A DNA stretch of 64,000 bases, from assembly GCA_977862235.1 (NCBI GenBank), contig OZ374558.1:682001-746000 (forward strand). Reading direction: 5' to 3'. The translations under genes were made by a program, and so were the position numbers. The notes under the pieces are model-generated. The model was given only the letters and a program-made list of their open reading frames with translations, ran no database searches and was not told the origin of the DNA. This document shows, piece after piece, positions 45,921 to 59,681 of the stretch; position 1 is the stretch's first letter, and each line of letters opens with the position of its first letter. Origin of the DNA: Dudresnaya verticillata. Its lineage: Eukaryota.

Positions 45921-48900
45921 AGGCTGACCTCAGCGGCATCACGCTGATCGCAGGAAGTGTTCAGGAGCCGGCACAAAGCCGGCACACAGAAACGAGAAGA
46001 GTCAGACCGAAACAAGCATTGCGAAGTCGGTTGGAGTGTCAGCACCAGAACGGGCTCAGTTGAGCAAGGTGGGCAACGGTTTTCAACGGTGCCTGCCGGG
46101 CGATGGCCAACGCTGGCGGTGCTGTATGCGAGGGCAAACAGACGGTTCGTGAATTCTATGACCGAGACGCAATGCGTCAAAATGGCGAGTAACGACGCAC
46201 GGACCAATCCGAGGCGGCACAGCTGCTCGTGCGTGTCCGGTACATGCCGGTGAATGTCGTATTGATCACGACATGGACGCCAAACGGGTGCGGGTGTGAG
46301 CCTCTATTGGATGACGATGATAGTGTAACGCAAACGCGGCGCAAATGGAGAGCGAACCGCGGCAGGGAGTCTTCCACGCACCGATGTGATGGAAGTGTCT
46401 AGGAAGATCCTGCAGCTGCCGCTGCACGAGCGATGAAGGGCGGGGAGCGCTCCCCCTGCGCCCTGCGGGCGCTGCGCGAGTCGCCAGGCCTCACGCGCGA
46501 AACTCGCGCCAATTCACGCGGTGCCCCTTGCGCTGTAATTTCCCACAATTTGAGGAGGCACCCGCTATGACAGCCCCGCCACACTGCGTCGTTGTCCCTA
46601 TCGCTGTAAAAGATCTTCTTCGTCAGGGCGCCATGCCCTACACCGCTCGGCATGAAAACGCGGAATGGCTTCCTTCTCCCTTCGCACACAGAAGGTTGCG
46701 ATAGCAACAGCCTCACACTGTCCTGACTAGACAGCACAGCGCAAATAGAGCCACGGCCGTGGAGCACGTCCCAGTCCTCGCAGACGGCCCGCCTTGTGTT
46801 GTCTGCAGGGTAACGTGGACGAGGAAGCCTTCCCGCTCCTTTTTGTTATCTGTAGTAGTTACAGCACACTTCTGAACAAATTCTTGTGATAGAACCATAT
46901 GCAGCACATTGCCAACACAGTCAAGAACCTCCTCTGCCTCCTCTGCGTACCCTCAGCCGCCCGATTTTGAGATGAGCTGACCGAGCGGCGGTTACAAATT
47001 ACATCTGACTAGGCTTGGCTAGCGCTGGAAAACGCGGTCCAATACCGATGATTATCCCCTAACTACTGCGCTCCAGTTAGCGAACGAGTTCGGCCCTCCG
47101 GAAATCCTTCAAGGTTCCGATGAGCAGTTCCGCTACACACACTCTCTTGAAGAAAAGTGCTCATTGGCCGAAGAGCATATGCTGCTACCGGTGGCTTCTG
47201 TTCAGTGGCTATGCATAAAGGTCTCCATCTCTCTGTTCAGTGGCGCCAAGCTGCGTGCGGGAAGTATCTGAGCAGGTGAGCTCCTTCCAGTAACTTCTCG
47301 CGCTATTAATAACAAACGCGAACTTCTCGTGAATATTCTTATCCTTCTCGCACTTGCGCAGGAAAGGAATTGGAATGTCACGTTAACCCCTCTTGTGAAT
47401 CCCAAATAGCATCAGAAAGAGTCTCGCTCTCGACGAAATACTATACTTCACTACAGTGCAACCGTTTTACTGGCGTTTCGCTCTTGCGCGCTTCCTGCTT
47501 GTGTGCACAAGCACAGTGAAAATTCTCTCGAGTCTTTTGTACGAGGTAAAAGCAAATGGCACGGCGCGTGAATTAGGATGAACATGTGTTACGAGCATAG
47601 AAGGCTCATCACGTTTCTGGCGCAACAGTTACGGCAAGCATCTATTGAATGCAAGGCGGTACGGCAACGTGTCTTGTTCCCTCTTGTGTGTTCTTTGTCA
47701 GTGCGACAGAAGTTGGGTTAAACGGGCCTCACGCAATCAGTATGTTACGCCGCCACCTGCGCTCCAAGAAGTCAAAGGGATGTTCTGATTTAGAGTGGTA
47801 TTAAACTGTATGAGATGATCTAGAGTACACCGGTATCGCCATCGAGGGCCTGCTTCGAAAGTTTTGCAAGTGGCGTCGTTGGAATATCCCTGCCGGCTGC
47901 AGCAGGCAGCCGCAAGCTGAGCTTCTACGATAGATATGAGCAGCATTTCCAACGGTTCCTGTTACTTTTGCTGAACCTCACGTGGCCACATCACCAACAT
48001 AGATGGTCACGTGGATGTGCGTGCCTTCATGTAAGCTTGACAGTTGACGTCCTGTTCTCCCTCAGGAGACACGCAACTATATGAGGTTAGTGGGCTTTGC
48101 TTTTTCTACCTTAGAACGTACACGGAAATATTTCCCAATTGCAGTTGGTGCTAACAATCGAACCGGCCAGTGTCGAGATGGACACGGTAGATATTCTCAT
48201 TGCAGACTCAAAGCTCTGCTGTTCAATGCCACCGTTAATTTTCAGATACAGGATATCCCAAACTACTTTGACTACTGTTTGGTGACGGCATACATGCCCG
48301 TATTCCTCGTAGGTGCCGATCGCAAAACCGGAAGGAAGAATAGCTGAAAAGACAGCATGCCCTTGACAGGTCTTCCAATTTCCTCTTGCAAACCCCTCAA
48401 CTGTAGCTTTCACGATGACCAATAGATTGCTTAACAGGTCGCTCTAATGCCTTTCCGGCGAAATCAAAGCCTTAGAAATGAAAGGGGAAATACCTTTGAG
48501 AACGCTCTAAGCAGTAAGTCCCTTCAAAGAGGCTTAAGAAGAACTAGGAACCAATGAAAAGAGAAACCTTGCTCTCTTCGAAGACATGGCTCGGAGAAGA
48601 GCCTAAGCACTAGGATTCCAGAGACGGGACGACGGGATAAGTGTTGACGGAAGACGCTGGCCACACCACCTTGGAGGTTGAGGTAGTAACGGATGTTAAA
48701 AGGGAAAGCTTCCGACGAGAGGGCAGGTCCCTTTCTTGGAAGCAGTTTAATCAGCGGAACACACAACGACATTGTAACTTTCAAAACCCATTACAACCGT
48801 CTCGAATACGATTGCGAACATCAATCGCAATGGTGTGCAGGCCCATGCCGGAACCGCCACTATTGCCAAGATAACAAGAACGCTTAGCGTATCCACCCAG

Positions 48901-49083
48901 ACCACGTTAGTGGCCACTATCGTGCCCAGAAATCCAACCAATAGAACGAGAAACGGGGAACTGTAATCGCAAAGGAGAACTAGCGGGTCTGTTTCGCACA
49001 AGAGTCTAACGGGCCAAGAGGAATGGCAAGACGACGGCGAATAATTGTGAAGGATTGATAGTAGTGGAATGAGGGAGGGACTT

Positions 49084-49371
49084 TTAGACGTATAGGGGAG
49101 GCAGCCAAGCCTTGTGGTATTCCAGATGTGAAGCTACGGCCTTTAATACATACATATCCATTCGGACGTCTTCTTGTAGAGTGATAGGCCCTGCACCTCG
49201 CTGAGCCGTCAACAGTGTGGACGACGTCCTTTGTAAGGTATTTCTACGCTGTAATGGCCTTTGGAGCGCCACCACGCGCTGCTGGTGGCGCGGCAGCGAG
49301 CTCGCGACGAAGAGGGGTGAACTAGCGGTGAAGTGAGTGAAGGGTGGAAGAGAACACAACGCGATCGGCAT
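49084..49371 (-). CDS. Possible small protein (95 aa), copy 1; also at 53847-54134, 58610-58897 and 63373-63660
   Basis: ATG-initiated ORF MPIALCSLPP...WLPPLYV with a Ser/Pro/Arg-rich N-terminus, divergent from the CAP gene. No family recognised. Confidence 0.3.
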   Translation of the reverse strand: MPIALCSLPPFTHFTASSPLFVASSLPRHQQRVVALQRPLQRRNTLQRTSSTLLTAQRGAGPITLQEDVRMDMYVLKAVASHLEYHKAWLPPLYV

Positions 49372-50155
49372 CCGTTGTGATGTGGGAATCCGGACGGGAA
49401 CCCGCAACACCACCGGCCTACCTGGCTTGGCTCAGATTAGAGGCGCTGCCCAAAGTTGGCGAAACATCCTATAGAAACCCTATGAATAGACTGAGAATCT
49501 CTTCTAGAGCATCAGTCATAGTACCAAGGTCATGAGTAGGCGGCGGCGATTAACACTGGCCATAGGGGACTGGCGATCCACGACGGATCAGGCGTTGTGT
49601 TTTCACGTGGAGCATGCGCGTCTGTGAGCGCCGCGTGGGAGTGGGCGTAGTATAGCAACAGACTATAGCATTTGCTATTGCAAGACAGAACCAAGGACGT
49701 TAACTGTATAGACATTTAACGTAGTATTCTAGCTCGTAGACGTTAACGCTCATAGACCTTCACACTCTAAATCATCAGCCCAACAAGTACACCGCTAATG
49801 TGAATTCAAGCGATCAAACCTTGACTACTCAAATGGTAAATGCCTTCACACTCTATGACGACTTACCCATCAGATTTATCACGAAAAAGAAACACTAGAG
49901 AAGGTCCTCGACCACGAGACGTAATGGTGCAGCCGACGATGCCTGTGTGAATCAGCCTGACAAGATATCCGCAAGACTAATATAAATATTATGGATTCCC
50001 CCTAATGACATCGAAGAACAACCGTACCACTATCGCTTCTTCCCACTCCGCCTCTGCTTCAACCCAAAAGCCTATATCATTCTTTGCATTGAGTTTGAAT
50101 CTTCCTTATAAGTTACACTTCCCCAATTTCAATCACTATTCAATCACTAGTCGCA

Positions 50156-51043
50156 ATGTCTGAAGCATCCAAGACAATCGATATTGCGACCGACCCTTCC
50201 CGTTCGAGAAGTTCTTGCAGACTGTGTAACGTGAGTTTGAGTGCAGTCCAAAGCGTTGTAAGACTTCCTAAATTGGATACGCCAATGGAGACTTCAAAGA
50301 AGGGATACCAACAAAACAGCCGGCGTGCTTCAAAATTGTCGACAAACGCTTCACTTCAATTAGAAACCCAATCAAACAGAGTTGTCTCTGTAGTAAAGTC
50401 AGTGCCCCTTGGTACGGAGGAGTTGAAGAAGACTTCTCTAGAGATTCTCCTCCGTACAAACGAGACAAGAATAGCTTCTGGAAAATCAGGCCTGGCCTGG
50501 AATAAGGAGCTTTCTAAAGTCGCGGAAAGGTGGGCTAAGGACATGTGCAAAGGTACTACTTCACCTCTCTGTATTGGAAATCGCGATGACATGAATATTG
50601 CAAAGATGTAAGTTGTTCAAACGTTCCCTTTCCTATTCCGGCGATTGGCAAGCGTAAAACTTTTCGTTGGTTTCTAACACGCTGTTTTACTCCCAATCCA
50701 TTGAGGACTACTCTACAGCCGAATTGGACTTTCGCAGGCAGATGGGTCCTCTAAAGGCCACAGCAGCTGCAATTTACACCAGTCTGGTGAAGCTTTATCC
50801 AGAATGAACTCTTCGAAATGGAGATCTTGCGGTGTTGGTGTCTTTGGGGGCAATGAGTATGTATACATAGTTCAGATATTCAGCAAGGGTAGGGGAAATA
50901 GGACTCATGCAGAATCGGTTCGAGCACACACAAGACCAGCTACATCAGTTCGATCAAACAGTGATGAAGAGATGAAATCATCGTGTGGAACTCTGGTAAG
51001 CTCTGCAGTGTCGATGATTTTAAACGTTTGGCGACGGGATTAG
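50156..51043 (+). CDS. CAP/SCP (PR-1-like) domain protein, two exons 50156-50607 + 50719-51043 (258 aa), copy 1
   Basis: TNETRIASGKSGLAWNKELSKVAERWAKDM and NIA in exon 1; WRSCGVGV..YVYIVQIF in exon 2. The 111-bp intron GTAAGT..CTAAC..TACAG removes the in-frame stop. Confidence 0.72.
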
Positions 51044-52493
51044 AAGATTGAAATTGCGTGTTTGCCTTACGGAAAATCTTTGGGAAGGATGGCTATCGTC
51101 GAAGAAATTGTTTCGTTGAGGTGCTTCCCCCTTCCTAAACGTACAGCTCTTGCTTTCTACACATGTTGAGTAAATAGATTTTATCGCCCTTGCTTTGCAA
51201 AAATGAAGCTACGCACTTGCCGAAAAATGGCTCTCTTCTCTGTCGATGGCGGAGAAGAACACAACTCACGACCAACCTGTTTAGCGTAATGAGCGATGCT
51301 CCACAGCTTTTCTTGAACAAAGTTGAAGTTCTCAAGGGAAGCAATAAGTCATCTTGCTCCCACTGACAGCTACAGCAACGAACCTAACAGTATTGACGAA
51401 CAATGAGTAACGGGACGAAGTTGTTGATGCCTTAACGGCAGTCTATGCCTCGCCTTCTATTGTACAGTACGCATTTAACATATTCCGATGCAGTACCCAG
51501 GGGACTTGTATACAGACTTCTACTGGTTTCGCATAGCTCTTTAAACTTCGCTTACGAATAAGGCTAATATACTGCAAAGGTGATTAGGTCATATATTTAT
51601 GCGCACCTGGCGCTATCCGTACAAGTAATATTGAACTGTGATATTTAGAAGCTATTGCGGCGGTTTCTTGTCGGTTCGGGCGCAGCATTTCATTTCGGCG
51701 TGGAAGGAGTTGGTTGTTCCACTGCACAAGCGTCCCAAATGTTACACAACAGTCGTTGTACAAGTGTAGAATCAACGGGCCCTGGAGAAGAATCTTCGCA
51801 CCACAAGCAGGTGGGGCCGAAAACAATTGACGGTCGAGGAATGGCCAGAAGGCCCTTACTTCAGTTTGATCACGGTCCGAGCTTCATAATTGCCAGGGCC
51901 TGGAAAAAACATTACGGTCGTCAAGGTGAGTGAAGCGAAGTAAAGAAAAAGTTGTGAATTCGAAAGAGAGATAGAAGTAGGATAATCTTGAAGGGCACGA
52001 GAAGCACCACAGTGCCAAGACTTGGTGGTGGCAAGGCTCAATATCACAGAGCGTTTTTTCCGCCCTCCAAGATGCTGTAGAGTGTGATCAGAGTGCGATG
52101 TAATTATGCTGCATTAGCACATAGCCGTACGGACCGTGAGTGGCCCCAATGACACTCGTAGATCCGCAATTTTCGGGGCGGGACAGTTTCGAGCATGAAA
52201 TGCTTACAATTGTTGGGCGGGACATTTTTGAGAGCAAACAGGTCATCATCATCACAGTTTTATTCTTCCCACGGACTTATCCTATCCTCACTCATCGGCC
52301 AGCGTCGGCTGCTTCGCGCAAATCGTCACGTCAACCTGCTTGCTCATAAATGTACTATTCCGCATAAGGACAGAGTCTTCGCCTCAGTCTTTGGCACCCA
52401 CAGCACACAAACTTTCCCAGGCCCACTCTGCTACTCATCGAACAACACATCCAGACTTGAACACTCCGTCGCAGTAACACACAAGTTGCCGAG

Positions 52494-53462
52494 ATGCGCA
52501 AGAGGAGGAGACTGCTTTCTTCCAAGCAGCGAAAGGACTTCGAGTCGGCCAAGGAGGCTGAATCTCGAGGAGGGGATCGTGCCAGTGCGAGAAGCATAGA
52601 GAAGAAGGTCACGGCCCCGAACATGGTGTGCGCCAGCAAAGCGAACCCACCTCACCCAGCTAAAGATGCTGTCCGGAAACTAACCGCAGTTGCCGGTAAC
52701 CAGGATGGATTAGATTCCGAGCATATCGCTGACGTCATGCAGGACAATCCGCCGAAGCTCCTGGAACGAGCTTCCGACTCCATACGGCCCGTGCATTGGG
52801 ATCCTAAGAGCGGTATCAAGAGCACCGGAGAAGGGGGACGTGGGAGGGAGCGCCTTCGTTTTGAACGGAAGGAAACAGTCCCGGAAGATCAGAAAAGTAA
52901 GGGTTGGTGTTCAAGGGCAGGCGAAGGAGCGTACGACAAAACCAAAGTTGAACAAGGCGATAAGGAGGTTACTGAGGATGACATTGAAGTTGTCGAGGAG
53001 CCGTATAGACTTATTGAACTCGAAAAGGACGCACATGGGAGAGTTATTCGGCTACATGTTCGGGAGACGGGAGTAGACCCAGAATCAGTGAACGAAGATG
53101 AAAAGCTGTGCAGACGCGACGCTCTCTGCACAATTGAATCAGATGAGGATGAGACGAACGGTCTACTCCGCCTGAAGACTGTAGAAGAGATGAAACCTGG
53201 ATATGAATCGAGGTTTGTTGCTGCGCAGAAAAAGAAGGCTCGGGAAATGCGGCGGACGTTTAAGAAAAACTTGGCAAGCCTTTCGGAGAAGCAGAGGGAG
53301 GTTGTAAGGAACCAGCTCATGTCCCGCTCTCGACTTCCGACATTGCGAACTCCTGCAGATTGGAAAAAGTTGCAAAATACAGCGGACAAAGCTAACGAGA
53401 AAGCTCGCCTAGCCGTTGAGAAACTATGGGCTCAAGACAGCGATGAAGAGGGATCTGAATAA
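52494..53462 (+). CDS. Hypothetical 322-aa highly charged protein, copy 1
   Basis: Long purine-rich ORF: basic N-terminus (MRKRRR), acidic middle, helical basic C-terminus. No domain recognised. Confidence 0.7.
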   Translation: MRKRRRLLSSKQRKDFESAKEAESRGGDRASARSIEKKVTAPNMVCASKANPPHPAKDAVRKLTAVAGNQDGLDSEHIADVMQDNPPKLLERASDSIRPVHWDPKSGIKSTGEGGRGRERLRFERKETVPEDQKSKGWCSRAGEGAYDKTKVEQGDKEVTEDDIEVVEEPYRLIELEKDAHGRVIRLHVRETGVDPESVNEDEKLCRRDALCTIESDEDETNGLLRLKTVEEMKPGYESRFVAAQKKKAREMRRTFKKNLASLSEKQREVVRNQLMSRSRLPTLRTPADWKKLQNTADKANEKARLAVEKLWAQDSDEEGSE

Positions 53463-54918
53463 AAGTACGCAAAGAAGAAGTTGTTGGGGCAGACCAACAG
53501 CGAATCGGTCCGACCACCATCCCGCCTTTAGCTTCAGGTGTTTCGTCGTACATTGCGCTTGACTATGTTTCGGTTCGGGTCCCTGGGCTGAGCGTTAGTA
53601 CTTTTAGAGTAGAGACAATGTGAGTAAAGAGGAAAAGGTAGAAATCGCACTAATCCCGGGTGTAACAAAAATAAGTAAGTGATACTACTGTTGAGCATAA
53701 TTCTCCATTATGTTTAAGCGATACTATAATCGGAAAGGAGAACTAGCGGGTCTGTTTCGCACAAGAGTCTAACGGGCCAAGAGGAATGGCAAGACGACGG
53801 CGAATAATTGTGAAGGATTGATAGTAGTGGAATGAGGGAGGGACTTTTAGACGTATAGGGGAGGCAGCCAAGCCTTGTGGTATTCCAGATGTGAAGCTAC
53901 GGCCTTTAATACATACATATCCATTCGGACGTCTTCTTGTAGAGTGATAGGCCCTGCACCTCGCTGAGCCGTCAACAGTGTGGACGACGTCCTTTGTAAG
54001 GTATTTCTACGCTGTAATGGCCTTTGGAGCGCCACCACGCGCTGCTGGTGGCGCGGCAGCGAGCTCGCGACGAAGAGGGGTGAACTAGCGGTGAAGTGAG
54101 TGAAGGGTGGAAGAGAACACAACGCGATCGGCATCCGTTGTGATGTGGGAATCCGGACGGGAACCCGCAACACCACCGGCCTACCTGGCTTGGCTCAGAT
54201 TAGAGGCGCTGCCCAAAGTTGGCGAAACATCCTATAGAAACCCTATGAATAGACTGAGAATCTCTTCTAGAGCATCAGTCATAGTACCAAGGTCATGAGT
54301 AGGCGGCGGCGATTAACACTGGCCATAGGGGACTGGCGATCCACGACGGATCAGGCGTTGTGTTTTCACGTGGAGCATGCGCGTCTGTGAGCGCCGCGTG
54401 GGAGTGGGCGTAGTATAGCAACAGACTATAGCATTTGCTATTGCAAGACAGAACCAAGGACGTTAACTGTATAGACATTTAACGTAGTATTCTAGCTCGT
54501 AGACGTTAACGCTCATAGACCTTCACACTCTAAATCATCAGCCCAACAAGTACACCGCTAATGTGAATTCAAGCGATCAAACCTTGACTACTCAAATGGT
54601 AAATGCCTTCACACTCTATGACGACTTACCCATCAGATTTATCACGAAAAAGAAACACTAGAGAAGGTCCTCGACCACGAGACGTAATGGTGCAGCCGAC
54701 GATGCCTGTGTGAATCAGCCTGACAAGATATCCGCAAGACTAATATAAATATTATGGATTCCCCCTAATGACATCGAAGAACAACCGTACCACTATCGCT
54801 TCTTCCCACTCCGCCTCTGCTTCAACCCAAAAGCCTATATCATTCTTTGCATTGAGTTTGAATCTTCCTTATAAGTTACACTTCCCCAATTTCAATCACT
54901 ATTCAATCACTAGTCGCA

Positions 54919-55806
54919 ATGTCTGAAGCATCCAAGACAATCGATATTGCGACCGACCCTTCCCGTTCGAGAAGTTCTTGCAGACTGTGTAACGTGAGTT
55001 TGAGTGCAGTCCAAAGCGTTGTAAGACTTCCTAAATTGGATACGCCAATGGAGACTTCAAAGAAGGGATACCAACAAAACAGCCGGCGTGCTTCAAAATT
55101 GTCGACAAACGCTTCACTTCAATTAGAAACCCAATCAAACAGAGTTGTCTCTGTAGTAAAGTCAGTGCCCCTTGGTACGGAGGAGTTGAAGAAGACTTCT
55201 CTAGAGATTCTCCTCCGTACAAACGAGACAAGAATAGCTTCTGGAAAATCAGGCCTGGCCTGGAATAAGGAGCTTTCTAAAGTCGCGGAAAGGTGGGCTA
55301 AGGACATGTGCAAAGGTACTACTTCACCTCTCTGTATTGGAAATCGCGATGACATGAATATTGCAAAGATGTAAGTTGTTCAAACGTTCCCTTTCCTATT
55401 CCGGCGATTGGCAAGCGTAAAACTTTTCGTTGGTTTCTAACACGCTGTTTTACTCCCAATCCATTGAGGACTACTCTACAGCCGAATTGGACTTTCGCAG
55501 GCAGATGGGTCCTCTAAAGGCCACAGCAGCTGCAATTTACACCAGTCTGGTGAAGCTTTATCCAGAATGAACTCTTCGAAATGGAGATCTTGCGGTGTTG
55601 GTGTCTTTGGGGGCAATGAGTATGTATACATAGTTCAGATATTCAGCAAGGGTAGGGGAAATAGGACTCATGCAGAATCGGTTCGAGCACACACAAGACC
55701 AGCTACATCAGTTCGATCAAACAGTGATGAAGAGATGAAATCATCGTGTGGAACTCTGGTAAGCTCTGCAGTGTCGATGATTTTAAACGTTTGGCGACGG
55801 GATTAG
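54919..55806 (+). CDS. CAP/SCP domain protein, copy 2 (exons 54919-55370 + 55482-55806)
   Basis: Same as copy 1 at +4763. Confidence 0.72.
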
Positions 55807-57256
55807 AAGATTGAAATTGCGTGTTTGCCTTACGGAAAATCTTTGGGAAGGATGGCTATCGTCGAAGAAATTGTTTCGTTGAGGTGCTTCCCCCTTCCTA
55901 AACGTACAGCTCTTGCTTTCTACACATGTTGAGTAAATAGATTTTATCGCCCTTGCTTTGCAAAAATGAAGCTACGCACTTGCCGAAAAATGGCTCTCTT
56001 CTCTGTCGATGGCGGAGAAGAACACAACTCACGACCAACCTGTTTAGCGTAATGAGCGATGCTCCACAGCTTTTCTTGAACAAAGTTGAAGTTCTCAAGG
56101 GAAGCAATAAGTCATCTTGCTCCCACTGACAGCTACAGCAACGAACCTAACAGTATTGACGAACAATGAGTAACGGGACGAAGTTGTTGATGCCTTAACG
56201 GCAGTCTATGCCTCGCCTTCTATTGTACAGTACGCATTTAACATATTCCGATGCAGTACCCAGGGGACTTGTATACAGACTTCTACTGGTTTCGCATAGC
56301 TCTTTAAACTTCGCTTACGAATAAGGCTAATATACTGCAAAGGTGATTAGGTCATATATTTATGCGCACCTGGCGCTATCCGTACAAGTAATATTGAACT
56401 GTGATATTTAGAAGCTATTGCGGCGGTTTCTTGTCGGTTCGGGCGCAGCATTTCATTTCGGCGTGGAAGGAGTTGGTTGTTCCACTGCACAAGCGTCCCA
56501 AATGTTACACAACAGTCGTTGTACAAGTGTAGAATCAACGGGCCCTGGAGAAGAATCTTCGCACCACAAGCAGGTGGGGCCGAAAACAATTGACGGTCGA
56601 GGAATGGCCAGAAGGCCCTTACTTCAGTTTGATCACGGTCCGAGCTTCATAATTGCCAGGGCCTGGAAAAAACATTACGGTCGTCAAGGTGAGTGAAGCG
56701 AAGTAAAGAAAAAGTTGTGAATTCGAAAGAGAGATAGAAGTAGGATAATCTTGAAGGGCACGAGAAGCACCACAGTGCCAAGACTTGGTGGTGGCAAGGC
56801 TCAATATCACAGAGCGTTTTTTCCGCCCTCCAAGATGCTGTAGAGTGTGATCAGAGTGCGATGTAATTATGCTGCATTAGCACATAGCCGTACGGACCGT
56901 GAGTGGCCCCAATGACACTCGTAGATCCGCAATTTTCGGGGCGGGACAGTTTCGAGCATGAAATGCTTACAATTGTTGGGCGGGACATTTTTGAGAGCAA
57001 ACAGGTCATCATCATCACAGTTTTATTCTTCCCACGGACTTATCCTATCCTCACTCATCGGCCAGCGTCGGCTGCTTCGCGCAAATCGTCACGTCAACCT
57101 GCTTGCTCATAAATGTACTATTCCGCATAAGGACAGAGTCTTCGCCTCAGTCTTTGGCACCCACAGCACACAAACTTTCCCAGGCCCACTCTGCTACTCA
57201 TCGAACAACACATCCAGACTTGAACACTCCGTCGCAGTAACACACAAGTTGCCGAG

Positions 57257-58225
57257 ATGCGCAAGAGGAGGAGACTGCTTTCTTCCAAGCAGCGAAAGGA
57301 CTTCGAGTCGGCCAAGGAGGCTGAATCTCGAGGAGGGGATCGTGCCAGTGCGAGAAGCATAGAGAAGAAGGTCACGGCCCCGAACATGGTGTGCGCCAGC
57401 AAAGCGAACCCACCTCACCCAGCTAAAGATGCTGTCCGGAAACTAACCGCAGTTGCCGGTAACCAGGATGGATTAGATTCCGAGCATATCGCTGACGTCA
57501 TGCAGGACAATCCGCCGAAGCTCCTGGAACGAGCTTCCGACTCCATACGGCCCGTGCATTGGGATCCTAAGAGCGGTATCAAGAGCACCGGAGAAGGGGG
57601 ACGTGGGAGGGAGCGCCTTCGTTTTGAACGGAAGGAAACAGTCCCGGAAGATCAGAAAAGTAAGGGTTGGTGTTCAAGGGCAGGCGAAGGAGCGTACGAC
57701 AAAACCAAAGTTGAACAAGGCGATAAGGAGGTTACTGAGGATGACATTGAAGTTGTCGAGGAGCCGTATAGACTTATTGAACTCGAAAAGGACGCACATG
57801 GGAGAGTTATTCGGCTACATGTTCGGGAGACGGGAGTAGACCCAGAATCAGTGAACGAAGATGAAAAGCTGTGCAGACGCGACGCTCTCTGCACAATTGA
57901 ATCAGATGAGGATGAGACGAACGGTCTACTCCGCCTGAAGACTGTAGAAGAGATGAAACCTGGATATGAATCGAGGTTTGTTGCTGCGCAGAAAAAGAAG
58001 GCTCGGGAAATGCGGCGGACGTTTAAGAAAAACTTGGCAAGCCTTTCGGAGAAGCAGAGGGAGGTTGTAAGGAACCAGCTCATGTCCCGCTCTCGACTTC
58101 CGACATTGCGAACTCCTGCAGATTGGAAAAAGTTGCAAAATACAGCGGACAAAGCTAACGAGAAAGCTCGCCTAGCCGTTGAGAAACTATGGGCTCAAGA
58201 CAGCGATGAAGAGGGATCTGAATAA
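57257..58225 (+). CDS. Hypothetical 322-aa charged protein, copy 2
   Basis: Identical translation to copy 1. Confidence 0.7.
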   Translation: MRKRRRLLSSKQRKDFESAKEAESRGGDRASARSIEKKVTAPNMVCASKANPPHPAKDAVRKLTAVAGNQDGLDSEHIADVMQDNPPKLLERASDSIRPVHWDPKSGIKSTGEGGRGRERLRFERKETVPEDQKSKGWCSRAGEGAYDKTKVEQGDKEVTEDDIEVVEEPYRLIELEKDAHGRVIRLHVRETGVDPESVNEDEKLCRRDALCTIESDEDETNGLLRLKTVEEMKPGYESRFVAAQKKKAREMRRTFKKNLASLSEKQREVVRNQLMSRSRLPTLRTPADWKKLQNTADKANEKARLAVEKLWAQDSDEEGSE

Positions 58226-59681
58226 AAGTACGCAAAGAAGAAGTTGTTGGGGCAGACCAACAGCGAATCGGTCCGACCACCATCCCGCCTTTAGCTTCAG
58301 GTGTTTCGTCGTACATTGCGCTTGACTATGTTTCGGTTCGGGTCCCTGGGCTGAGCGTTAGTACTTTTAGAGTAGAGACAATGTGAGTAAAGAGGAAAAG
58401 GTAGAAATCGCACTAATCCCGGGTGTAACAAAAATAAGTAAGTGATACTACTGTTGAGCATAATTCTCCATTATGTTTAAGCGATACTATAATCGGAAAG
58501 GAGAACTAGCGGGTCTGTTTCGCACAAGAGTCTAACGGGCCAAGAGGAATGGCAAGACGACGGCGAATAATTGTGAAGGATTGATAGTAGTGGAATGAGG
58601 GAGGGACTTTTAGACGTATAGGGGAGGCAGCCAAGCCTTGTGGTATTCCAGATGTGAAGCTACGGCCTTTAATACATACATATCCATTCGGACGTCTTCT
58701 TGTAGAGTGATAGGCCCTGCACCTCGCTGAGCCGTCAACAGTGTGGACGACGTCCTTTGTAAGGTATTTCTACGCTGTAATGGCCTTTGGAGCGCCACCA
58801 CGCGCTGCTGGTGGCGCGGCAGCGAGCTCGCGACGAAGAGGGGTGAACTAGCGGTGAAGTGAGTGAAGGGTGGAAGAGAACACAACGCGATCGGCATCCG
58901 TTGTGATGTGGGAATCCGGACGGGAACCCGCAACACCACCGGCCTACCTGGCTTGGCTCAGATTAGAGGCGCTGCCCAAAGTTGGCGAAACATCCTATAG
59001 AAACCCTATGAATAGACTGAGAATCTCTTCTAGAGCATCAGTCATAGTACCAAGGTCATGAGTAGGCGGCGGCGATTAACACTGGCCATAGGGGACTGGC
59101 GATCCACGACGGATCAGGCGTTGTGTTTTCACGTGGAGCATGCGCGTCTGTGAGCGCCGCGTGGGAGTGGGCGTAGTATAGCAACAGACTATAGCATTTG
59201 CTATTGCAAGACAGAACCAAGGACGTTAACTGTATAGACATTTAACGTAGTATTCTAGCTCGTAGACGTTAACGCTCATAGACCTTCACACTCTAAATCA
59301 TCAGCCCAACAAGTACACCGCTAATGTGAATTCAAGCGATCAAACCTTGACTACTCAAATGGTAAATGCCTTCACACTCTATGACGACTTACCCATCAGA
59401 TTTATCACGAAAAAGAAACACTAGAGAAGGTCCTCGACCACGAGACGTAATGGTGCAGCCGACGATGCCTGTGTGAATCAGCCTGACAAGATATCCGCAA
59501 GACTAATATAAATATTATGGATTCCCCCTAATGACATCGAAGAACAACCGTACCACTATCGCTTCTTCCCACTCCGCCTCTGCTTCAACCCAAAAGCCTA
59601 TATCATTCTTTGCATTGAGTTTGAATCTTCCTTATAAGTTACACTTCCCCAATTTCAATCACTATTCAATCACTAGTCGCA

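Noticed and set aside
48971..53733. Tandem unit as an rDNA, 5S, snRNA or histone cluster
   Set aside because: No conserved RNA-gene or histone motif was recognised in the unit.
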